NCBI GenBank assembly: GCA_002269645.1
Contig: NIVC01001645.1
Location: forward strand, 159,245 to 223,244
Direction: 5' to 3'
Source: Macrostomum lignano
Taxonomy: Eukaryota
DNA length: 64,000 nucleotides
The notes under the pieces were generated by a model. That model had not been told where the DNA came from, did not search any database, and was given only the letters and a program-made list of their open reading frames with translations. Positions 24,065 to 36,484 of the stretch are shown here, in pieces. Each line of letters begins with the position of its first letter. The stretch's first letter is position 1. A program made the position numbers and the translations under genes.

Positions 24065-27000
24065 ATGGACAGCAATGGAGACGAGTTTGGGTGAGGCCTA
24101 CAAGTATTTTATTTCCATGTGAATCGAAATGTACATGTATAATTTAATTGATTATATAGACTCGATATCAGACTAGAGTCGCCACATGGAATTCGAGATC
24201 TTTTCTGTGGAAACTGTAGAACCAGTGTTGGAAACTGTGGAATCAGAGTTGGAAACTGTGGAATCAGAGTTGGAAACTGTGGAATCAGAGTTGGAAACTG
24301 TGGAATCAGAGTTGGAAACTGTGGAACCAGTGTTGGAAACTGTGGAATCAGAGTTGGAAACTGTGGAATCAGAGTTGGAAACTGTGGAATCAGAGTTGGA
24401 AACTGTGGAATCAGAGTTGGAAACTGTGGAATCAGTGCTGGGAACTGTGGAATCAGTGTTGGAAACTGTGGAATCAGAGTTGGAAACTGTGGAATCAGTG
24501 CTGGGAACTGTGGAATCAGTGCTGGGAACTGTGGAATCAGTGCTGGGAACTGTGGAATCAGTGCTGGGAACTGTGGAATCAGGGCTGGAAACTGTGGAAC
24601 CAGTGTTGGAAACTGTGGAACCAGTGTTGGAAACTGTGGAATCAGTGTTGGAAACTGGAACCAGTGTTGGAAACTGTGGAATCAGAGTTGGAAACTGTGG
24701 AACCAGTGTTGGAAACTGTGGAATCAGAGTTGGAAACTGTGGAATCAGTGCTGGGAACTGTGGAATCAGTGTTGGAAACTGTGGAACCAGTGTTGGAAAC
24801 TGTGGAATCAGTGTTGGAAACTGTGGAATCAGAGTTGGAAACTGTGGAATCAGAGTTGGAAACTGTGGAATCAGTGTTGGAAACTGTGGAATCAGTGTTG
24901 GAAACTGTGGAATCAGAGTTGGAAACTGTGGAATCAGAGTTGGAAACTGTGGAATCAGTGTTGGAAAGTGTGGAACCAGTGTTGGAAACTGTGGAATCAG
25001 AGTTGGAAACTGTGGAACCAGTGTTGGAAACTGTGGAATCAGAGTTGGAAACTGTGGAATCAGTGCTGGGAACTGTGGAATCAGTGTTGGAAACTGTGGA
25101 ACCAGTGTTGGAAACTGTGGAATCAGTGTTGGAAACTGTGGAATCAGAGTTGGAAACTGTGGAATCAGAGTTGGAAACTGTGGAATCAGTGTTGGAAACT
25201 GTGGAATCAGTGTTGGAAACTGTGGAATCAGAGTTGGAAACTGTGGAATCAGAGTTGGAAACTGTGGAATCAGTGTTGGAAACTGTGGAATCAGTGTTGG
25301 AAACTGTGGAACCAGTGTTGGAAACTGTGGAATCAGTGTTGGAAACTGTGGAATCAGTGTTGGAAACTGTGGAATCAGTGTTGGAAACTGTGGAATCAGT
25401 GCTGGGAACTGTGGAATCAGTGTTGGAAACTGTGGAATCAGAGTTGGAAACTGTGGAATCAGAGTTGGAAACTGTGGAACCAGTGTTGGAAACTGTGGAA
25501 TCAGAGTTGGAAACTGTGGAATCAGTGCTGGGAACTGTGGAATCAGTGCTGGGAACTGTGGAATCAGTGCTGGGAACTGTGGAATCAGTGCTGGGAACTG
25601 TGGAATCAGGGCTGGAAACTGTGGAACCAGTGTTGGAAACTGTGGAACCAGTGTTGGAAACTGTGGAATCAGTGTTGGAAACTGGAACCAGTGTTGGAAA
25701 CTGTGGAATCAGAGTTGGAAACTGTGGAACCAGTGTTGGAAACTGTGGAATCAGAGTTGGAAACTGTGGAATCAGTGCTGGGAACTGTGGAATCAGTGTT
25801 GGAAACTGTGGAATCAGTGCTGGAAACTGTGGAATCAGTGTTGGAAACTGTGGAATCAGAGTTGGAAACTGTGGAATCAGAGTTGGCAACTGTGGAATCA
25901 GAGTTGGAAACTGTGGAATCAGAGTTGGAAACTGTGGAATCAGTGTTGGAAAGTGTGGAACCAGTGTTGGAAACTGTGGAATCAGTGTTGGAAACTGTGG
26001 AATCAGTGTTGGAAACTGTGGAATCAGAGTTGGAAAGTGTGGAACCAGTGTTGGAAACTGTGGAATCAGAGTTGGAAAGTGTGGAACCAGTGTTGGAAAA
26101 TGTGGAATCAGAGTTGGTAAATCCCACTGGCCCCAAAAACCGCGCCCGCCCCGCCATGTCTGCAGCATCTCTGAGCCATCCCGCCTGCGGCTGCCCGGCC
26201 GGCGCGGCGCCACCTCAGATTGCGAGCTGCCTCTGGCCGGCGGTGGCCACCTCTCCGTTCCATCCGGCGCGCTCAGCAGCGTCGGCGCCAACGGACGGCG
26301 TGCTCGATCGTCGCAAAGCGGCGCTAAAAACAACCGACAGCAGCCGGCGTCGGCGCGGCGTCAGCGGTCTGCGGCAGCAACGCCACGGCAGCGTCGGGTC
26401 TCCGCCAGAGCCGACGGGCCGCTGATCACCGCTTGGCCGGTTGACGGCGCCGGCCTGCCCGACTGCTCGCCGCTGCTGGAGCCGCTCGAGGCGCTCGCTT
26501 CGCCGATCTACAGGCTGCGGCTGTCCGGCGGCTGCCCCGACGGAGCAATCAACTCTGACATCGCCGCTGCTGCAACCGCCGTTGCAGGCGAGTCAGATTT
26601 GACGCCACCGAAGCCGGTACCGCTGCTGAGGCTGCCGCTGACGCCGCCGATTCGTCCGGATTCCGCCTGGCCGACCCTGCTGCGATTGCTGCACCGGCCG
26701 GAGCCGCCGCCGCCGCCGCCGCCGCCTCCGCCCCGCCACCGACAGAGAACGGGGACTCGGATGCGGGGGCTGCGCCAACAACTCCGCAGGTGCAACAACA
26801 ACACCAACAGCCGGTGACACCGCGAGCACCGCCCAGGATGCAGTGGCGAGAGCTGATCAAAGTGTCCGAGGTGAGAGGAAGGAGTTTGAAAGTCTGTTTT
26901 TAGGGAGAGAGTGCAGCTGTTCTTAGAGCGGGAGTGCTGTCCTTGGGGAGGGAGTGCTGTCCTTAGGGAGGGAGTGCTGTCCTTAGGGAGGGAGTGCTGT

Positions 27001-30000
27001 CCTTAGGGAGGGAGTGCTGTCCTTAGGGAGCGAGCGCTGTCCTTAGGGAGGGAGTGCTGTCCTTAGAGAGGGAATGCTGTCCTTAGGAAAGAGTGCTGTC
27101 CTTAGGGAGGGAGTGCTGTCCTTAGGGAGGGAGTGCTGTCCTTAGGAAAGAGTGCTGTCCTTAGGGAGGGAGTGCTGTCCTTAGGGAGGGAGTGCTGTCC
27201 TTAGGGAGGGAGTGCTGTCCTTAGGGAGGGAGTGCTGTTCTTAGGGAGGGAGTGCTGTCCTTAGGGAGCGAGCGCTGTCCTTAGGGAGGGAGTGCTGTCC
27301 TTAGGGAGGGAGTGCTGTCCTTAGGGAGGGAGTGCTGTCCTTAGGGAGGGAGTGCTGTTCTTAGGGAGGGAGTGCTGTCCTTAGGGAGCGAGCGCTGTCC
27401 TTAGGGAGGGAGTGCTGTCCTTAGGGAGGGAGTGCTGTCCTTAGGGAGGGAGTGCTGTCCTTAGGGAGCGAGTGCTGTCCTTAGGGAGCGAGCGCTGTCC
27501 TTAGGGAGGGAGTGCTGTCCTTAGGGAGGGAGTGCTGTCCTTAGGGACGCAGTTCTACGGGCGCACTTTCAAATGCATTCGAGCCTCTCGTAGCAACAGC
27601 CGGGCGTGTTAATTTGCACACAATTTCCATCTGCACGTGGCTGCCCGAAGAACGCGAGAAGCGTCACCTGTCGGGCGGTGAGCTCCGGCGTCTACCTGCT
27701 GACCCAGCGGCCCCAGACTGAATCGTTCCTTGTGTCCTCGCGCGGCGGCCTTCACCGAGTCCGGATGTGTCCGCACGTGTCCGTCCGCGTGCCGAGGGGC
27801 AGCTGCACCGGCGCTGCGGACTGCTGCTTAACGGTGAGAACACCCGGGGTTCGACTCCGTGCGCTTCCACACAAAGTTGATTATCGTGCACGAAAATTTT
27901 CCTGTGGCTTGTCGTGCGATTCACGGCCAAGGCCAAACCCCAAAGGTACAGAGAGTGTACATGCTTGACGATGGGAGAGTCAGGGGCCGCTGTACACCGC
28001 TGACTGCTTGCCTTCTCGCTGGCAACGAGTAACATGTGGCTGTAGCTGTGCGGCTGTGGCTGTGGGGGCTGTGGGGGCTGTGTGGCTGTGGGGGCTGTGT
28101 GGCTGTGGCTGTGGCTTTGGTGGCTGTGCGGCTGTGGCTGTGGCTGTGGCTGTGGCTGTGGCTGTGGTGGCTGTGCGGCTGTGGCTGTGGTGGCTGTGCG
28201 GCTGTGGCTGTGGCTGTGGCTGTAGCTGTGGCTGTGGGGGCTGTGTGGCTGTGGCTGTGGCTGTGGCTGTTGGGCTGTGGCTGTGGCTGTTGGGCTGTAT
28301 GGCTGTGGCTGTATGGCTATGGCTATGGCTATGGCTGTAGCTGTGGCTGTGGCTGTGGGGCTGTCTGTCTGTGGCAGTCTGGCTGTGGCTGTGGCTGTGG
28401 GGCTGTGTGGCTGTGGGGGCTGTGTGGCTGTGGCTGTGGCTGTGGTGGCTGTGCGGCTGTGGCTGTGGTGGCTGTGCGGCTGTGGCTGTGGCTGTAGCTG
28501 TGGCTGTGGGGCTGTGGGGGCTGTGTGGCTGTGGCTGTGGCTGTTGGGCTGTGGCTGTGGCTGTTGGGCTGTGGCTGTATGGCTGTGGCTATGGCTGTGG
28601 GGCTGTGGGGCTGTGTGGCTGTGGGGCTGTGGCTGTGTGGCTGTGGCTGTGTGCGGCTCAATATAGAGCAGCAGAAGACCGTAGTATCAAATTACGTGTA
28701 TTATAACTCCGAATCAAAGTAAAGCTGCTGATTAAACCAATCGATAAATTGTTGGACCGTGAACTAGAAACTCTGAGACCTCCCTATCCAGGTCACTTCG
28801 AGATGCAGTGATCCAGGTTCAACCGCTCGAGCTTTAAAAACTCTTGAGCGCATCTGTACACCCCCGCAGATCCTGCCTTTCCCGACCAGCCTCCCAGCCT
28901 CCGCTACCGCTGAGCTACTCGCCCTGTCGCCCGTCTACGATTTCCGCCTGTCCGCGCCGCTAGAATTCCGGCCGCGTCGGCCGGCGACTCTCCGGCTCCC
29001 GCTGCCGCAGCCGCTGCCGCCGAGAGACGCCGCCGACTCTGTCGTTGTGGCCGTGCTCCGCCAGTCGGATGACTCAGCCTGGCGAGTCCTGCTCGAGCTG
29101 CCGCTATCCCATGCCGAGACCGTCGGCGCCGGGGTCGTGTCCGTCGACACCAGACGGCTGTCGGCAGCCTTCTGCCTGGCTGTCCTGCGGCCTGGCCTGC
29201 CCGCCGGCGGGCCGCAGCGGGTGGCCGCCTCAGTCCTGCCGTTGATTCGCGGCCTGGCCGAAGCCCCGCCTGGCCGGCTGCTGGCCTTCGTCGACTTGCG
29301 CTCGGCTGTCGGCTGGCGACTCTGCTTTCGCTGGCAGATGACCGGCGCCGCGGCTAACAGCGACGGAGACGGCGGCGGTGGCGGTAACTGGCAGGCAGTT
29401 GGCGGCTCTTCACCGATGCGTCTGCGAGAAGGCGCCACCTTCGCTGTCCGTCTGACTGGGCAGCTCCAGCTAAAGTCGGCCACCTCCGCCGCTGTCCAGT
29501 TCCGGCAGGCCTGTCCGAACTTGCCGGTTGTCATGGCAGTGAAACCGTCCGAGGCTGCTGCGGCGGAGGCGGCGGCAGCTGCGGCTGCGGAGTCCGGCAA
29601 TGAAGAACCGAGGCCGCAACCCCAGCTGTTCCGGTGGGTTTCCTTGTGTTGATTTCTAAGGTTAATTTAAAAAATTTAGTTCTCCATGTTTGGGTAGTTT
29701 CCATTCCGAATTGTAGGTCTAGAACTTCATGATTGAGTACATGTAGTGCTACAGAAACCACCGCATTCACTGCAGAGCCCAGCTGACAGTCGCAGACGAG
29801 TACAATTCGGTCGTGCTTTCAGCCGAGCTGTCCTACAATTTGGAAAGTCTCAGTCAACTACAGCAAGCTCTAACGGTCCCGGCGGAAGCGGCCTTGGAGA
29901 AGCAGCAGCCAGCGGCTGCACCTCCACCGCCATCGTCACCTGCAATTAAAAAGGCTGCAGCGTCGCAATCGCCGAAGTCTGCGGGATTGGGCTCGAGACC

Positions 30001-30707
30001 TGGTCGACTTTTGCCCAGGCAACAGCCGGCAACCGAGGCGGCAGCCGTGAACAGTGAGGGCCTTGGGCGATTCTCTGGGCAGTTTACAGGCGATTCTCTG
30101 GGCAGTTTACAGGCGATTCTCTAGGCAGTTTACAGGCGATTCTCTGGGCAGTTTACAGGCGATTCTCTGGGCAGTTTACAGGCGATTCTCTGGGCAGTTT
30201 ACAGGCGATTCTCTGGGCAGTTTACAGGCGATTCTCTGGGCAGTTTACAGGCGATTCTCTGGGCAGTTTAACAAGCCTGGGCCATTGGGACACAAGGCTG
30301 AAGCTCGACCCCGACAACTCAATTGTACACCCTTTCTCCGGCATGCAGGAGATCGCGAGCCCAGGGTGTTGAGCGGCCGCAGTCTGCAGGCCCTCGCAGA
30401 GCATCTTCAGCAGCGCCAGCTCGGGCAGCACCTGGCCCGGCTGCTCCACCTCCCGGATGCCACCGTCGCCGGCCTCGGATTCGACACAGCGGCGGCGGCA
30501 ACCTCGCCGGCAACCGCGAGTCTCGCCTACAAGGTGCTGCTGCAGTGGAAACGCTCGGTTGGGCGAACCACCACAGGCGCCGAGGTGGAGACGCTGGCGC
30601 TGGCGCTGGCGTCCACCGGAGAGCCGGGGCTGGCCGACACCGTCAGGAGGTGCCACGCGGCCAACCGCGAATTCGCAATGCCATCGGCTGCCGCGGTGCC
30701 CGCGTAG
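24065..30707 (+). CDS. ZU5-ZU5-UPA-death domain protein (DTHD1/PIDD-like, no LRRs), about 790 aa if one frameshift is corrected. Exons 24065-24090, 26166-26870 (1-nt frameshift at about 26732), 27594(or 27600)-27833, 28870(or 28792)-29633, 29776-30053, 30349-30707
   Basis: Phase-compatible GT-AG chain. ZU5-like CELPLAGGGHLSVPSGAL...SPIYRL...KPVPLLRLPL...WREL; second ZU5 FLVSSRGG...LSPVYDF...RPATLRLPLP; C-terminal death-domain pattern LAEHL...LARLL...LLQWK...LALAL...GLADTV. Domain calls made by eye. Confidence 0.72.
24206..26116. repeat. Intronic 21-bp minisatellite (GGAAACTGTGGAATCAGWGTT), about 90 copies, with an internal 1027-bp duplication
   Basis: Rare variant units recur exactly 1027 bp apart (24581/25608; 24654/25681). 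Confidence 0.96.
26925..27547. repeat. Intronic 20-bp G-rich minisatellite (TTAGGGAGGGAGTGCTGTCC)
   Basis: About 30 copies, period 20. Confidence 0.95.
28035..28655. repeat. Intronic degenerate (GCTGTG)n repeat
   Basis: Hexamer reiteration with GGG/TTG/TAT variants. Confidence 0.94.
30064..30270. repeat. Intronic 23-bp minisatellite (GGCGATTCTCTGGGCAGTTTACA), about 9 copies
   Basis: Starts about 10 nt after the 30054 donor. Confidence 0.93.
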
Positions 30708-31632
30708 TTGGAGCAAGGATCAACTAGAAGTTGTTGTTGTATAAGCTGGACACGATGTAACACTCGTGTCAATAGCTAGGGGAAACTTTTTAGAAGGCCT
30801 TTTAGCTTAGCGAGACAAGAACTTTCCAGGAGTCTTGTACGAGCTAGCACATCTTTTGAAAAATCCGCTGAAGTTAGCGTTATCATTAGATCTTATATAC
30901 ACTAGATAGGCTACTCAGTGCCACCCACAGAGACAAGATCTGCTAAGTTTGAGAAACAGAATGTCCTCTAGGGTGCCTGAAGGGTAGTTTCAGTCAGTGG
31001 ATGGTCTCTGAGGAGACAGGACCAGCTGATCCAACTATATAAGATAACGGTGTTCTGGCCTTACACGATCGGTTGAAGATTTGCAGTCAGCTAGCGTCTG
31101 CTCTGCTAAATATTTTAGCTGCGTCATTTTATTGCGATTAAATATATTTTTTGTCCATGTCCATAGACTACTGACGATTAGTTTTCAGCAGTGATTTCCC
31201 CCCGAGTCATTTTTGATGTCATTAATTTCTATATGCATTAGCTGAATGGGGAGTGGCCTATCTAGTGTATATTAAGATCTATGGCGTTATCTAACTATGG
31301 AAAATCCTGCATTCAAATCGATAAAAGATTAACACTAGGATAGCTAGGCAATCTACAATTGCACTTTTTGTGATTGCTTATAAAATTTACCAAGTCTTTA
31401 ATTTTTAACAAATGTCGCTCCAGCTGCAGGATTTGTGTGCAAGCTCGAATGCGATTGATTATACTCTCGTATAAATTATGTCACAGTGCTAAAAAATTAA
31501 TGTTTTCATAGTTTTCACCATATTATGAAGAGTTGTCCATTTGGTGTTTGTCTCGGTTGCTTCCGCCAATGGCCGGGTCACTTTTTAAGGTCGTTTAAGA
31601 ATATTGATTGTCAAGGACGACAGTGTGTTGGA

Positions 31633-31884
31633 CAGGGGCGTCGCCCTGGACTTTATGGTGGGGGACAAAGCCAAGAATTCAACATGTACTCTTACTTACA
31701 TGTACATGACTAAATTCATACATTTCCATTATTTTGGGAATCGTGTTGTCAGCGCTCATTTCGGCGCCGCAGGCATTCGATCCTTGTAGCGCCGCAGGCA
31801 CTCATTTGGGGGAGCAAAGCATTGGCATGTCCCCCCCATAGCTTTTATTGAGGGGGGTATGCCTCCCCGGTGGCGACGCGCCTG
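31633..31884. mobile_element. Non-autonomous hAT-type MITE (252 bp)
   Basis: TIRs CAGGGGCGTCGCC / GGCGACGCGCCTG flanked by a perfect 8-bp TSD GTGTTGGA. Confidence 0.85.
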
Positions 31885-32693
31885 GTGTTGGATTGCATGC
31901 GCTTAAGTAGTCCTTTTTGATTGATAGCTCGCACTGTTATTACAACTAATTATGTATTTTCGAAATCAACAAAAAAGACAACACTTAATTGTAACGCGCT
32001 ACTTTAAGTAAGCAAAAAGAAAAATCCTATCAGAATGGGTTTAGCTCCAATACTTCCCATCAGAATTAATATCTCTTAAATTGATGATCTTGTTGCAGTC
32101 TCAGCGTGCTGCTGCACGAATCCCAATCATTATGCAGAAGACTCTTTCAGAGTCTCCAAGATAATTATATCTACTGTTGAAGCCATCAATCAATATTCAT
32201 ATCGATGCTGTCAGTAAAGAATTCAAAACGCGACAACGCGATAAAAAAACTTGTTTGTCTTCAGTTTTTTCAGGCGAACAAAAAAGTAGCAAAGCTCACG
32301 GTGTCACCGAATGGAATAAACTGATCAAAGCACACATAATATATATATTGCAGTTTAAGAAATGCATCACGCAGCAACAGATCGAGCAGAGCGCATGACC
32401 AAACTGGCCTACAAAAGAAAAATCTTCAAAGTTCAAGATTAAATGCCAGGCAATGGCTAGCTAAAAGGCAACAAATGCAAATCGCACACGGAGTGAAACA
32501 GGATATAATAAACTCGCTATTTATGCAAAATAAAATCATCGCTACATCGAGACAATCGACTTAAAGTCTGAAAAAACACTATATAAACACAGTGGCTATG
32601 ATCAAAGAACACTTGCAGTGATATAGATTGAATCTCCTAGTCAATAAAAGTATGGTATAGAAAATTTCACTATGTTTAGCTCCAGTACACCAG

Positions 32694-33846
32694 TCAGCAG
32701 GCAAGTGAGGCTCGCGGTCGGTACCTTTTAGCACTACCTGTCAGCACCAGCTGAAGACTGCCGCTCGCCGTTCGCTTTTTACTAGTCGGAGTCGGCGGCG
32801 GGCCGTCCTCGCCCTTCTTCTTCTCCCCCTCCTGCTGCGCCGTCCGACGCTGCCGCCAGCGCGACCGGCGAAAGACGGGCGACGGATTGCGCTGATAAGC
32901 AGTGGCAGCGGCAGCGCTTCTAGAAGCCGCAAATATCGGCGACGGAATCTGCAGCAAAGCCGGAGCCGGCGATATCTTCGTAGGTGGCAGCGGTGGTGGT
33001 GGCGGCGGCGGCGATAGAAATCCGGCATTATCGCCAGAGTCGTCGCTGCTGAGATCGTCAATGTCGAAGCCGCCGATGCCGCCTCCACAATCCTCAACGT
33101 CGTGTTGATCGCAGCTGCCCACCACAGCTGTCTGAGTGACAAAGTCGGGAAAAGCGGCGGCCGTAGCAGCAGATTCGGCAACATCTTCACAGTCGTTCGG
33201 CCCGGGGGATGCGCCGGGTCGTACGGGAGTCAAACAGCCAAAGCTCAGGCCCGATGTGCACAGCAGATCCGCTGGCCTGCGAAAGTCGACAATGTCATAA
33301 GAAGCATCTATGCATGTTTAGGCCTAAGTTAAAACTATTTAGCATTTTTTAGCTATTTGGCACTTACTCTTCCATACTGTCATTCCTTAGTTGAGATTCC
33401 GGCTGAAATTGTTAAGACAATGCTTTTATATAACAATGTCCAAGATGAGGCATTACTGCTCATTCCGGCGACTCCCCTGAGCAGGCACACAAGCGCACGG
33501 ATACGTACGTAGGCAGACCCAAGCCGAGATTCCAATCGAGCCCCAAATTAATGCGACTGCAATTGGAATCGAGCCTGGGCCGCTGGCACAGCTCCCCAAC
33601 AAGCAACCCTACCTGGCAGTACTGTGTAACAGGCGCCATTGACATTGGCAACTGGCTTGGCCAGCTCTGCCCGCAGGCAAACTGCACCGCTGTTGGCTCA
33701 GCTATAGCATTCTCATCCTCAACTGGGACACCTTCATCTGACCTGCTATCATCGTGCCAGCCGTCAGCGCATTCACTCTCTGCATCATCATTGTAGCTGG
33801 CAAACAACTCAACTAGGGAATCGTTATTATCCAAGCCTGTAGAGGA
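32694..33846 (-). CDS. Unidentified acidic, Pro-rich, probably disordered protein; two exons (minus) 33846-33509 and 33276-32694; first exon not found
   Basis: Acceptor TTTTCAG at 33847; donor AC|GTACGT and acceptor TTTCGCAG|G join in phase 2; GC-rich coding-like codons; no recognisable domain. Confidence 0.45.
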
Positions 33847-34917
33847 CTGAAAACAATTTGGTAGCAACATTAAGAATATGTAACTATCCCTGCATACTAC
33901 CTATAAAATGATTAAAATTGTCTTTAATATAAAGTCATTTGTAAATGACTCCTTGGCTACAAAAAGGCTTACAAGTCTATTTGATTTTTCAAATGCATAA
34001 GTGTGCACTTGTTTTTCTTAGCATGCAAGAATTCCAATAAGGTCCTTGACTTAGCTTAGTTGGGTAATAACCCAGCAGGGCCAAACACTTATACATTGGT
34101 GCAAAGGGTGGTTGGTGATGGCCTAAGTCACATGGCTCCTATAATTTGGTTGGCTCATTTAGCATAGGGTGAGCAGATATGGTCTGCCAAGAAAAATATT
34201 TATAGTTTATACAAGTATAAATCAAAGCATATATATGTCCTTTAGGTCAATAAAAGAATCTTCTTACATTTATAATATGCTAAAGTTGCATTTTAGCATA
34301 TTTCAAATCAAAGTTTAGACATTAGGGACCCTTACATAAATAGTTACATGGTTTATTAAAAAAATATTTTTAAATGACACTTACAACTTTTTAAAACTAT
34401 AAATGATGGGGCCAAACAATTTTATTAAACAGATTTGAGTGCCTTAAAATAACAATTTTGTTGTTATATGTAGATTATCAAGTTTATAGCACTTGCCAAT
34501 TACACTTGCCACTAGTAAACCAGTTATAAAAGCCCTAATAGACCCAAGCTTTACTTTAAAATTTTATATAGTAAAATAACTATAATGCAAATAATCACTA
34601 GAGTTTTACCTCTTATTCTTTGTAATATAGGCTATTTTTCAATTTTTAATTAATTAAATTATGTGATATAAGTTTTTGCTTGATTTAAGCTGATAAACTA
34701 TTAATAAATATGGAATTGTATTTAATAAATTTATTTGTTAAAAAGCTGCTTTAAGTGACTTTATGACTTTTAGTGACTTTTCAACATTGATTATAACTAT
34801 TTAAAGTTGCCAAAGGATAGTCTATAAATGAAGTATTGAATGCAACATACTAAGACAAGTGAGTTCTTGGACAAAATGGAAAGGTCTAAATGATAAAATA
34901 GTTGATCTCATGCAATT

Positions 34918-35104
34918 AGTGGCAGATCCAGAGTGAGGATAAAGAGGATAGCCACCCTACACCCCCTCTTTTGCCATAGCTAAACTTGCAAATAAAGAGG
35001 GAGTATTATAATTTTGGGCTTATTTGGGTCTTATTTTATGCAACCCAAAATGTTGGGCCTATCTGCCCCCCCCCCCCTACTTTAAAAGTCCTAGATCTAT
35101 CACT
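34918..35104. mobile_element. Decayed MITE of the AGTGGCGGATCCAG end family
   Basis: AGTGGCAGATCCAG ... CTAGATCTATCACT with internal C-runs. Confidence 0.42.
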
Positions 35105-36132
35105 GCATTGTCATCCTACATTAAGCTAGGCCTAGATCATATTATATTAATAACCCTTGCTTACTTTACTATACTATAGCCTATAGTAGGGGGCTATACT
35201 GCTTTAATCCTAATCTAAGAAAGCTCTTACTATAATTTATCTAAAGCTAATTATGACACCAAACATTGGATTGGTAATTATAAATCATTGCATTTTGATA
35301 AATTTTTGAATTGTATTTTACTTTGAATTAGAATGGAGTTTAGGCCTAGACAATATTACATTTTTGATGAATTTTATGCTATATTTAGAAGATTGATATT
35401 TAACCTAGGGCTCTTTATTTTACTTTATTTTATATCTTGGATTCTTAGCACTTTTTAAAATTGAGACTTTCTTAAGTCTCAAGAAAAAAAGTCTAAATCT
35501 TAAATATCAATAGCAAGATTAAGATCTTGTCCAAGCTCTAAATTGGAAATATCAAACTATTTACAAAATATATTAAAAAGTAACAAATAATCATGCATTA
35601 AGCAATAACAATATATGAGGCCTAGGCAGAGTAAGGCAAGTAGGTATTAGGTAAATTAGTAAATAGGCCTAATATTATATTATTGTATTAAAACAAGAAC
35701 ATATATTATATAATTATATATTAAACAACAAAAAAAACATATTGATTTTGAAAACTAATCAATCCTTTGGCTTTGCTTTAGGTCCACTGTGCAATTGCAA
35801 AAAGGACTATGCCTAATGCCTTAAGGCATAGCGGCTATAGCCTATAGCCTACGGGTCCTACGTGACTATACTATAGCCTAGGCTATATAGGCTAAAAAGC
35901 TATTTTTGTTTATATTTAATAACTAATCGTTCAAGCATTCATTACATAAATAGCAGATAAAAAAACAAATTATCCAATTAAAGAAAAAGTCATCCTTTAA
36001 ACAGTCCCAGCCATACAGACCGTCGATCGGGCCGGACGGACCTGACGCATTGTTTGTTTCCCCATTGATATTCGCATTTATATTCGAATTTTAACAAAAG
36101 CAAAATACTAAAAGCAACCCGTAGCATCAAAA

Positions 36133-36484
36133 TTTACACAGAGTAAACTGCAACCGTGAAACGACTATTGGTCAAGTTTCAGCTCGATATGTAACTTTGG
36201 CTCTGAGCAGGAGCGATTTTCGATGTGTTCCATTTAAAATACATGTGCAATTCCAAAATTCACATTGATATTCGAGTACAGGTACTTCTGCTTCACTGAT
36301 CTTGACGAAACTTTACACAGAGTAAACTGCAACCGTGAAACGACTATTGGTCAAGTTTCAGCTCGATATGTAACTTTGGCTCTGAGCATAGCGATTTTCG
36401 ATGTGTTCCATTTTTACATAAGTTACATATCGAGCTGAAACTTGACCAATAGTCGTTTCACGGTTGCAGTTTACTCTGTGTAAA
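36133..36484. repeat. Direct duplication (36133-36236 / 36312-36414) plus a perfect 65-bp inverted copy (36420-36484)
   Basis: TTTACACAGAGTAAACTGC...GATATGTAACTT occurs twice forward and once reversed. Confidence 0.9.

Noticed and set aside
24186-26425. 644-717 aa ORFs (LETVESE / VGNCGI / WNQCWKL repeats)
   Set aside because: All are frames of the 21-bp array, which sits inside a phase-compatible GT-AG intron
26925-27547. Interstitial telomere
   Set aside because: TTAGGG occurs once per 20-bp unit, not as (TTAGGG)n
27825-27860. Pol III A/B-box pair (GGTTCGACTCC)
   Set aside because: Spacing is too short for a tRNA fold and it overlaps an exon-intron junction; likely chance
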